Assembly: GCA_051362555.1 (NCBI GenBank)
Contig: CM120640.1
Span: 30,585,967-30,649,966, forward strand
Direction of reading: 5' to 3'
Length of the DNA: 64,000 nt
From: Lingula anatina
Lineage: Eukaryota > Animalia > Brachiopoda
The position numbers and the translations under genes are program-made. This document shows positions 45,301 through 55,238 of this stretch, piece after piece. The notes below the pieces were generated by a model. The model saw only the letters and a list, made by a program, of their open reading frames with translations, did no database searches and was not told the origin of the DNA. The number at the start of each line of letters is the position of its first letter. Position 1 is the stretch's first letter.

Positions 45301-46944
45301 CAGGACTTGAAATAGTTAAACATTAATAATTTTGTCTAATCTAGTCCAATATTTATGAAATTTGTACAAATGATGCTTAACAACAATAAAAATCTGTGAA
45401 AAGCTGATCAATTGTCTGTGTCTAATGAAAACTGTTTTTTTGGGACAATATAGTTGGGAAAACTGAAAATCACACTGAAAAGACTGGCAAAACCCAGGCC
45501 TTAAAATAGTTAAACATTAATAATTTTGTCAAATCTTGTCCTATATTTCTGAAATTTGTACAAATGATGCTTAACAATAATAAAAATCTGTGATAAGCTG
45601 ATCAGTTATCTGAGTCTTTTTCTTTAAGTGTCAAGTGTATGGGAAATTGATCATCAGAAGAGTGAGAATTAACCAAAACAAATATCTCAATATTGCAATG
45701 TATTATTTTCTCTGAAAGTAAACAGCAAATGTGATGATTTGAGGTTGTTTGTGTAAGAGGTTGCAAATTACCTATAACTGTCATCTGGAAAACAATATAT
45801 ACCCATACAAGAGTTCTCCCTACTACCTCTGCAAGATGCAGATTACTTCTTTCTGGAAGGGGTTGTTGTTATCACAACACTCAACAAGTAAATCTTGCCA
45901 AATATCATGTATTGTACACATGGAGAAGACACAGTGCTGCTCTTAGTGGTATCTTTAACTGCCTGCTTTTTCAGCATTTTCATGGTGAGGGTACTCTGAA
46001 ACAAGAACAATATAACTGAAAGGACTGAAAATTACATTTCAAAAGAATGACAAATTCGGTGACTTAATTAAAATAGTTAAACGTTAACAATTTTGTCAAA
46101 TCTAGTCCAATATTTCTGAAATTTGTACAAATGATGCTTAACAACATTTAAAATCTGTGATAAGCTGATCAATTGTCTGTGATTAATGAGAGTGTTTTTT
46201 GGGACAACATAGTTGGGAAAACTGAAAATTACATTGAAAAGACTGGCAAATCCCAGGCCTTAAAATAGTTAAACATTAATAATTTTGTCAAATCTTGTCC
46301 AATATTTCTGAAATTTGTACAAATGATCCTTAAATATAATTAAAATCTGTGATAAGCTGATCAGTTGTCTGTGTGTAATGAAAAGTGTTTTTTGGGACAA
46401 CATATTTGGGAAAACCAAAAATTACATTGAAAAGACTGAGAATTTGCGGGACTTGAAATAGTTAAACGTTAATAATTTTGTCTAATCTAGTTCAATATTT
46501 CTGAAATTTGTACAAATGATGCTTAACAACAATAGAAATCTGTGAAAAGCTGATCAGTTGTCTGTATTGAATGAAAAGTGTTTTTTAGGACAACATAGTT
46601 GGGAAAACTGAAAATTACATTGAAAAGACTGGGAATTCGCAGGACTTGAAATAGTTAAACGGTAATAATTTTGTCTAATCTAGTCCAATATTTATGAAGT
46701 TTGTACAAATGATGCTTAACAACAATAGAAATCTGTGATAAGCTCATCAGTTGTCTGTGTCTAATGAAAAGTGTTTTTTGGGACAACATATTTGGGAAAA
46801 CTGAAAATTACATTGAAAAGACTGGCAAAACCCAGACCTTAAAATAGTTGAACGTTTATAATTTTGTCAAATCTTGTCCTATATTTCTGAAATTTGTACA
46901 AATGATGCTTAACAATAATAAAAATCTGTGATTAGCTGATCAGT
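42360..46944. repeat. 2099-bp type-B higher-order repeat, copy block 2 (34,069 bp from block 1)
   Basis: Offsets 9434->43503 and 11533->45602 both equal 34069, and 43503->45602 equals 2099. Diagnostic variants appear in the same order as in block 1. Confidence 0.9.
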
Positions 46945-48495
46945 TATCTGAGTCTTTTTTTAAGTGTCAAGTGTATGGGAAATTGATCATCAGAAGAGTG
47001 AGAATTAACCAAAACAAATATTTCAATATTGCAATGTATTATTTACTCTGAAAGTAAACAGCAAATGTGATGATTTGAGGTTGTTTGTGTAAGAGGTTGC
47101 AAATTACCTATAACTATCATCTGGAAAACAATATATACCCATACAAGAGTTCTCCTTACTACCTCTGCAAGATGCAGATTACTCCTTTCTGGAAGGGGTT
47201 GTTATTATCACAATACTCAACAAGGCCCTAAATCTTGCCTATATCATGTATTGTACACATAGAGAAGACACAGTGCTGCTCTTGGTGGTATCTTTAACTG
47301 CCTGCTTTTTCAGCATTTTCATGGTGAGGGTACTCTGAAACAAGAACAATATAACTGAAAGGACTGAAAATTACATTTGAAAAGAATGACAAATTCAGTG
47401 ACTTAATTAAAATAATTAAACGTTAATAATTTTGTCAAATCTGGTCCAATATTTCTGAAATTTGAACAAATGATGCTTAACAACAATAAAAATCAGTGAT
47501 AAGCTGATCAGTTGTCTGTGTCTAATGAAAAGTGTTTTTTGGGACAACTGAAAATTACATTGAAAAGACCGGCAAATCCTAGGCCTTAAAAAAGTTAAAT
47601 GTTAATAATTTTGTCAAATCTGGTCCAATATTTATGAAATTTGTACAAATGATGCTTAACAACAATAGAAATGTGTGATAAGCTGATCAATTGTCTGTGT
47701 TTAATGAAAAGTGTTTTTTGGGACAACATATTTGGGAAAACTGAAAATTACATTGAAAAGACTGGCAAATCCCAGGCCTCAAAATAGTTAAATGTTAATA
47801 ATTTTGTCAAATCTGGTCCAATATTTATGAAATTTGTACAAATGATGCTTAACAACAATAGAAATGTGTGATAAGCTGATCAATTGTCTGTGTTTAATGA
47901 AAAGTGTTTTTTGGGACAACATATTTGGGAAAACTGAAAATTACATTGAAAAGACTGGCAAATCCCAGGCCTTAAAATAGTTAAACGTTAATAATTTTGT
48001 CAAATCTTGTCCTATATTTCTGAAATTTGTACAAATGATGCTTAACAACAATAGAAATCTGTGATAAGCTGATCAGTTGTCTGTATTGAATGGAAAGTGT
48101 TTTTTAGGACAATATATTTGCGAAAACCAAAAATTACATTGAAAAGACTGGGAATTCGCAGGACTTGAAATAGTTTTGGGAAAACTGAAAATTACATTGA
48201 AAAGACTGGCAAAACCCAGACCTTAAAATAGTTAAACGTTAATAATTTTGTCAAATCTGGTGGAATATTTCTGAAATTTGTACAAATGATGCATAACAAT
48301 AATAAAAATCTGTGATAAGCTGATCAGTTATCTGAGTCTTTTTTTTTTTAAGTGTCAAGTGTATGGGAATTTGATCAACAGAAGAGTGAGGATTAACCAA
48401 AACAAATATTTCAATATTGCAATGTATTATTTACTCTGAAAGTAAACAGCAAATGTGATGATTTGAGGTTGTTTGTGTAAGAGGTTGCAAATTAC

Positions 48496-48719
48496 CTATA
48501 ACTGTCATCTGGAAAACAATATATACGCATACAAGAGTTCTCCTTAGTACCTCTGCAAGATGCAGATTACTCCTTTCTGGAAGGGGTTGTTGTTATCACA
48601 ATACTCAACCGGTAAATCTTGCCAAATATCATGTATTGTACACATGGAGAAGACACAGTGCTGCTCTTGGTGGTATCTTTCACTGCCTGCTTTTTCAGCT
48701 TTTTCATGGTGAGGGTACT
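48496..48719 (-). other. Putative exon in the terminal (source) spacer copy; paralogous cassettes in the other spacers (e.g. 1159-1384)
   Basis: Minus-strand acceptor ttatattgttcttctttcag|AGTACC and donor ATAG|gtaatt; an alternative donor is GAG|gtacta at 48551 (gtagta/gtaagg in type-A copies). Splice motifs only, no transcript data. Confidence 0.4.
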
Positions 48720-49220
48720 CTGAAAGAAGAACAATATAACTGAAAGGACTGAATTTTGTATTTGTGTCTTCCACAACTGGGTGAGATGAAAGGATATTCC
48801 TGCAGCTGCCATTTCCTGTCTATTTCACACATCGGAGTTGTGGTGATTGAACTGTGATAAGTTAAAAATGACCTTGTCTTTTGGAGGCTACTGGACACCA
48901 TTGTGACTGCTGAAACTATCACAATCTCAGACTGATCACAGTTAAATCAACAGAATTCTGTCAAATCTGCTTCGATTATTTGTGGAATTTACACACAAAC
49001 TAACTAAACACAATAACTTTAGAAATCTGGGATAACTATACCAGGTGGCTGTGCCTTATTTTGTGAGGAGTAAGATGGGAGAAGTGCAAAAAAAATTATT
49101 AAATTTTAAAGAAACGCAAAATATGATCACTGTTTTGTTGATCCATAGGGGAAGGATAAGAGACAAATTTTGTGTTACATGGTTTGTAAAACAAAACCAA
49201 GTGTTTATTTTGTGTATTAC

Positions 49221-49383
49221 CTGCAATCAGTTCTGTTCCCATCTTGGAAATGGGTGACCTGAGGGAAGTCATGTCACTACTCCACTTTAGGTCCAATAAA
49301 TTTCATCCCAAATGGACCACATCAAGCAGGCCACTATGTAGACACATGACACTGTACAACAACTGTCAAACTGTGTGTGTGAA
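49221..49383 (-). other. Putative 163-nt exon in the unique flank
   Basis: Strong acceptor tttatctttttttttctag|TTCAC and donor GCAG|gtaata. Stops occur in all three frames across the whole exon, so it would be UTR/non-coding or carry a start codon (ATG at 49272). Confidence 0.45.
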
Positions 49384-49870
49384 CTAGAAAAAAAAAGATA
49401 AACATTCATTAAATATTCAACAATGGCCAACAGTGATTCACAGAACATGTAAATTACAAGGAAAGGGGTGGGATTTAGTTTTTCTTTATTTGCCAGAAGA
49501 CAAGGCTATCCCCAGTGAGGCCACCAGTTGGACAGCCCATGGCATCAAAAGACTATATTTTCAAAAATGGCTGAAGAAATTTTAGGGGAATATATATAAT
49601 GGCAGGTTGGTTAGTCGGTACTGCCTGTGGACAATCTAGCAAATTATCAAAATGTATTTTCTTTCAACAAAATGTCCAGAAAGAGAAGCACATTTTCAGA
49701 AAGAAATTTCTTTAAAGACTGTGAATGTCAAAACCAGTATGTTATTAGTACATACATGTACATGTATATGCATGTATGTCTGAACTGGATGTGGTACTCG
49801 GCGCATGTCAAACATGGCAGCTTCCTCATCTTCATGGTTTTTGTACTTTCAAAACTCAATAAAAAATTGA

Positions 49871-50228
49871 TCCAAAGTTTACCCTTTTGCAGATGATGAC
49901 ACTTAAATATTTTGAATAATGTATGATATTGAGGACTGTGCAAAATTACAGGAGGATATACAAATGAAGTTTACAATTGGACTGAAAACTCACTTCTTAA
50001 GTTGCATCCAGATAAATGTAAATCTAAGCACATTTCTAGCTCTAGGACCTCAGACAATCATGTGTATAAACTTGGTTCCCTAGGAATAGATCCACATCCA
50101 GTCAGCAAAGAAAAGGACATAGGAGTCACCACTGATCATAATCTAACTTTTGACCAACATATGAATGAGAAAATTAACAAAGCAAACATAATTCTTGGTA
50201 CTTTATGCATAACTTTCTCTTACATAGC
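49871..50228 (+). mobile_element. Degenerate non-LTR retrotransposon (CR1/L2-type LINE) reverse-transcriptase fragment
   Basis: Translates with a stop and frameshifts as SKVYPFADDDT*IF...DCAKLQEDI/NEVYNWTENSLLKLHPDKCK...EKDIGVTTDHNLTFDQHMNEKINKANIILG. This matches the FADD catalytic motif and the downstream LQxD..W....L..N..KCK / EKDLGV..D..L.F..HI.....KA..ILG pattern of CR1-group RTs. Confidence 0.9.
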
Positions 50229-50833
50229 AATTAAGGTAAGAATCACTTTTATTATCATCATAGACACCAAAGGGAAACTCTACACTTACATATATAAAAT
50301 TAAAGGAAGGACCTGGGGTTTTTGAAAAAAAAAATTAAAAATTCCATACATTTTCATGTTATTTTTATGGTGAAATTGCTTTAATTTTGGCAAGCTATGA
50401 AAATGAAAATTTGAAAACTAGATCTTTTTTGGATATCATTTTTAAAAAATTAAATTTCCACGATTAGGCCCTCTCCTCTTCTTGATCGGGAGTCCATCGG
50501 AGATATAAAAGTTACCATATTAAGTAATCATATTAATATATTTGTTTACTTTATTATCATTATTATTCATTTACATATTACTTAACAAATATAATGCCCC
50601 ACAATAGCATCGTGGCACCTGCAGTTCCTTTATGTATATATCATACAAATATAATTTACACACTGACATACACTTCACTGTAAATAGCACTTATCACATA
50701 TCTCTCTATCTCTCAAAAGCCCCGCCCAACTGCCGCATTCAACTCTCATGTCTAGCAGAACCAGATCACAACAACAAAGTACTCAACCTTCTGTCATCAA
50801 GAATCGAGGAATGTCTTTCTACTTATATCATAC

Positions 50834-50972
50834 CTTTATGGAAATTTGTAAATATATCTGGTCCTTCATAACGTGTGAGTGTTTCCGCTACGCTGAACTA
50901 CATGTACGTTTGTAGGTCAAAGAAGTAAAAGAAGACACGCAGTGAATACTCGGTCACAACCATATATTATAT
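50834..50972 (-). promoter_or_regulatory. Possible core promoter and first exon (TATA-like box, Inr-like TCACT, donor)
   Basis: On the minus strand, TATAATATAT starts at 50971, TCACT has its A at 50943 (28 nt downstream), and donor AAAG|gtatga lies at 50834. These are short motifs in AT-rich DNA. Confidence 0.25.
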
Positions 50973-51318
50973 TTAGACCGCCTATGTCTTGCTATGCTCT
51001 CAAGTTTTTATATCTTTTGATAATTCATTAAAAAATTGATATAGAATATAATTATTGCATAACTATATATATCTCTCTCTATCTGTTTTTCTTTTCTTTC
51101 ATTTTTTTTATTCAACTTTTCTGGATTTAAGCACTGCTAACACACCGCATTTTAAAGATATTCACATTTATACTTATTAAATTACCTTAAAAAGTAAATT
51201 ACATGCATTTGAATACATGTTAAAGTCATTTGTATGCCTAAAATTCCTGTAAGCTAAACGTAGGGCCTACTTTATTAAAGGGGTATAATGAGATGCACGT
51301 TTATTTTACTGATAGGCT

Positions 51319-51512
51319 CCCAGATAGCATGTCGCCGGTGGGCCGACGTTGGGCCGCCGACTCCAACTACGTCGGCCCACCAGCTACTGTTGCCGGTGGG
51401 CCTACGTTGGCCTGACCATCGGTAGAACGTTGGCCCACCAGCGACATAAAACTTGAGCGGCCCAACGTAGGCCCACAAGCGACAGTAGCTGGTGGGCCGA
51501 CGTAGGTTCACC
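51319..51512. mobile_element. GC-rich palindromic DNA-transposon terminus/MITE remnant (CCCAG-start, CMC/EnSpm-like)
   Basis: Begins cccagatagca. A perfect 24-bp inverted repeat at 51367-51390 / 51482-51505 extends imperfectly inward, with repeated ggccgacgttgg/ggcctacgttgg motifs. The second terminus was not found; the family assignment is inference. Confidence 0.6.
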
Positions 51513-51592
51513 GCTTTTATTATTTTTTTCTTTATTATTCATTAATTAATTGATTTATTAATTTTTTGATAATTATATTATCATTATTATTG

Positions 51593-51595
<3 letters not shown>

Positions 51596-51658
<63 letters not shown>
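51596..51658. repeat. (AT)n microsatellite
   Basis: About 31 uninterrupted AT units. Confidence 0.98.
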
Positions 51659-51662
<4 letters not shown>

Positions 51663-52682
51663 GACAAAACACAATGTGATGTGTCAAGAGTGTTTATTCT
51701 TCTGTAATATTAATGTAGCTACATGTTGTATATTTTGCGCAATGCAATACATGTAGGCCTACTTTCTAACTAACGACGAGGGTCCTATTATATGGGTTGA
51801 GGGGGAGGTTCACGGGAAAAATCATCAAATAACAAATTATAGAGAATACAACTCTATTCATATCTCATCGAAAATGCGAGCCCGGTAAATTGAAAATTAC
51901 GAATGACCGAGCATAATTAGTAGGCCCTACGTTTCACGAACGAGAAGGTATAGGCCTAAAAAGTCACGGGAATGGGATGTTTCAAGAATAACGCTCAATA
52001 TCAAACAAGTAAAAAATGAAGTGCAGCAAAAGACACATCGAATTTTTTAAAAAATATTTTATTATTATTTTTTAATTTTACAAACCGGGAGCCGCCAGTT
52101 ATTTATGTGTGTAAAACATCCCAGGCAATTTCCGAGACATTAGACATCATAATGGCTTCCTGACAAGTTGCGAATTTTCCACTTTAGTAAAAATAAAATA
52201 GATCAATTAGAGTATATGTGAGATGGTACCGGTGCTGTGAGCGAGCGACAGTAAAAAAGTTTTACAATTGAGTCCGTTCTATATGTTTTTGTCCCCGAAT
52301 TTTGATTGTAGATTTTCTTTCCAAATCATTATTGTTATGGAAGAAGGGGGAGCAGCATAAGATCTCAAGATCGAAAGGAGTCCTTGAAGAATGAACAGCT
52401 TTGTTAATAGAAATCACCGCCAAATGTATTGACATTTACTGTTTATATACTCTGCAACACACATCTTACTACCGCAGAAACACTGTATGTTTTAACATAA
52501 ATATTAAAATACCAAAGCGCTATTTTAAGGCCGGTGTGCCAACAATAAATCATACATTTTTTAATTTTATGGTTTACGCTGGTGCATTTTTTTTCTGTCA
52601 CAGACCGATTAAAACATTCCCAAAACAAAATGTCGAAAAAAATGAAACCATGCTCTAGAGACCGAAGAACACTGCCGTCTTC

Positions 52683-53051
52683 ATGGACGAGAAGCCCACC
52701 GCCATCCTTGAAAACGCCAGAATTCAGACTGAGGCAGGCGTGAGATGTCCAAATGAAGAAAAGGTTGTGCTGAAGGAAGTGAAGAACACTGCCTTATCTG
52801 CGGACGAGTTGTCAAACACCGTTTTCGTTGACACTACCGGGGAAGTCATATCTCCAAAACCTGGTTTGATGGACATGGTGGACATGGAGCCACCCAACGA
52901 CATTCTGTTGCCAGCAAAGCCCCATATCCAAAGGGCAAGAAACTCGACAAGAGAAGCTCCACTTCCTTCATTTGGACTCACTGCCTTAATAAAACTTTTT
53001 TACGACCGACGCTTTCTTAGCACTATTGGATATGGTCACTTTACTAAATGA
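52683..53051 (+). other. 122-codon ORF of unknown nature (possible decayed exon or TE-derived ORF)
   Basis: Higher GC than the flanks. An upstream acceptor ttttttttctgtcacag lies at ~52603, an in-frame TAG just precedes the ORF, and there is an internal duplicate KNTAVFMDE / KNTALSADE. No recognisable domain. Confidence 0.25.
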
Positions 53052-54423
53052 TGTGATCATATTTTTACCCCATAGTTACTTTTTCTTAATTTAAAAGGGG
53101 GGGGGGGGGGGGGGGCGGCGGCACTTGTCCCGGGGTCCAACTAGTCCGGGTCTCCCCTATTCTAATTAGTGAAAACTTGTGACGCACACTACACGTTTAG
53201 TGTTAAAAGCGGTTTGTTTGAATGGTAGCAGCAGAAGGAGGGGGCGGGGGAAGGAGGGATATCAAAGAACAAGTCTTTCTTATTTCGTGAGTAGTTTTAC
53301 GTAAATATAATGAAGTCTTTCATTCCATTCTTATATCATTTCTTTAAAATAAAAGTCCTGAATTGAGAGTGTGTTTCGCATGGAGAATTATGCCAATTAA
53401 GTGGAAATCAGTTGGCTAGGATCCCGGTCAGTGCAAACACATGCATGTTTCACTGGATTTTATTCGTTTTGATTTGTGAATGTACGTGTAAGAATAGGAA
53501 GACAAATTTCAATCACACATTTTCTATAAGTCAGTTTGCGCTTCATTCAATAGTCTAAAAAAAAAAAACTCGAATCATTTTCAGTTTTCTGCTTTTACAG
53601 ACTACATGAAGATCTTGAATTCAAGTGTTTATCTTAAAAACATTTAAATTCGGTTAAAATAACTTTTATATTTCTATAACTCATATTTCCGGTGATTCTG
53701 ATTTTTTGTGTCTCTTTCTTAAAATCTCCCAAAAAACTTGTCTGTTTGCCCTTCTGCTAACAACTTCGTTTGGAACGTCATTTCAATTGTGCTGTATCCG
53801 GCCTTGTACGTTACAGAGATGAACATCACTTCCGGCCAGTTTATTACTCAAGGCAAGCTAATTAGCATATAAGAGAAAAATACAGTTTTTTTCTTGGTTT
53901 TGAGTTGCTTACACATTTCCCATTATCATTAAAAACCAATGCCCTTTTATGAAAAAAAACTTTGATAGACACGTTCCATTAATTAATCATATCATTTTAA
54001 AAGACTTTCGTATCACAGAGGTGAATCAAGTCTCCACGTCCAAGTCGTAAAATTGTTAAATAGCGCCGATAACTGCACTTGCTCAAAGTAGGTCGATTGC
54101 CTGTATAAAAATCCCATACGATTATCGATTTTTGTGTATGGACAGTTTTTGAAGAGGCACGCAAGATGAAATTATCGAGATGCTATCAAAATAACTGGGA
54201 CTCTTCTAACCACTTAAATTCAGAGTTTATTAAAACATTTATGGAGTAAAAAACTAGGCAACTTCAACAGGTTTGCAACGTTTAAAAAAATTGCAGACAT
54301 CTAAGTAGAATCAATATTTCATCTATCTCTCCTTAAAATGTTGCAGACCGCGTTAACTGTTTTCCCTGTCGAGAATCGCGGGATATGAACCAAACGATAG
54401 TGTTGAAGGAACGAGGTTGAGTG

Positions 54424-54426
<3 letters not shown>

Positions 54427-54454
<28 letters not shown>
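54427..54454. repeat. (GA)n microsatellite
   Basis: About 14 GA units. Confidence 0.95.
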
Positions 54455-54458
<4 letters not shown>

Positions 54459-54758
54459 ACCCGTCACTATTTCCAATCACGATGGTCTTTAGAGCTAGAT
54501 GCGTGAATATATGCAACTGGAAAAAAATAAAATTTAGAATTCTAACAGTTGAAATAATCTTAAAAACACCAAAAGAAGAAGTAGTTCACTTAAATGTATT
54601 CTTTTTTTATATTGTACTTGTATATTATACGGGTATTACTGCTAATCAACTAAAATTTATCATCATGAGGTAAATGTCCAGTTTTTAAGAAAGAATTCTC
54701 CTTCCCACCCAAACCCTATCTTCTGCCCTTTTCAAATCAAAGAGATAGTGTCTATTTC

Positions 54759-55238
54759 CAGGGCCGTAGCCTGAGCAAAATGCCAGGGGGGGCAGTAAGC
54801 GGAAACAAGGGGGCGAAGCCCCCGAGGGGGGAGGGTGTGGGAGGGGGTGTCCCCCTCCCATGGTGTGGAAAAAATTTTTAAACTGTATGTATAATACTGC
54901 ATTCTGGTGCATTTTAACTGTTATTTATTGCTCAATCAGAAGTCAGAAATTGTGGGTTCATTTTGCCATAAGTACAGTCATTTTTTCAACACAACATGCC
55001 AACTGGACTTTTCGGCATGAACTGAGTTGGCTAAAACAGTACACCTTTGTAAACAGATTGTTGAATGATTGTCTAGTGGCCATGACTGTATTTTCTCACA
55101 GAATTGATACCAACTTTGCAATTATTTTTTTTTTTACCTTTGCGATTATTTATTATTATTATTATTTTTTTTTTGCACCTCAAATCCCAGGGGGGGCAGC
55201 TGCCCCCCCCCCCTGCCCCCCCGGAGGCTACGGCCCTG
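54759..55238. mobile_element. 480-bp non-autonomous DNA transposon (hAT-like MITE) with 5-bp TSD
   Basis: Perfect 14-bp TIR cagggccgtagcct / aggctacggccctg, direct repeat atttc on both sides, and G/C-run subterminal segments. Confidence 0.85.

Larger units (their letters stand above)
1..48753. repeat. Complex satellite array: ~193-bp monomers (about 195 copies) interspersed with 30 copies of a ~370-425-bp spacer; left end lies outside the window
   Basis: The motif ...aaaattacattgaaaagact... recurs at 192-193-bp spacing (acatt at 281, 473, 666, 859). Spacer start-to-start distances fit n x 193 + ~375 (954, 1145-1150, 1340, 1531-1534, 1726, 2108, 2495, 2882, 3081, 3274, 3662). Homology ends at ...aaaggactgaa (48753). 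Confidence 0.98.

Noticed and set aside
1136-45946. Repeated short ORFs in the track (MCKRLQ..., MTVIGN..., MLSQKT...)
   Set aside because: They are translations of repeat units, many starting at non-ATG codons. They vary by frameshifts and stops between copies and contain no recognisable domain.
1-48753. CRISPR-like repeat/spacer architecture
   Set aside because: Units are far too long (193 and ~400 bp), the interspersed segments are copies of each other rather than unique spacers, no cas genes are present and the context is eukaryotic.
50231-51190. Kolobok-like element bounded by ttaa|ggtaa ... ttacc|ttaa
   Set aside because: Only a 5-bp inverted match beyond TTAA, which is expected by chance in AT-rich DNA.
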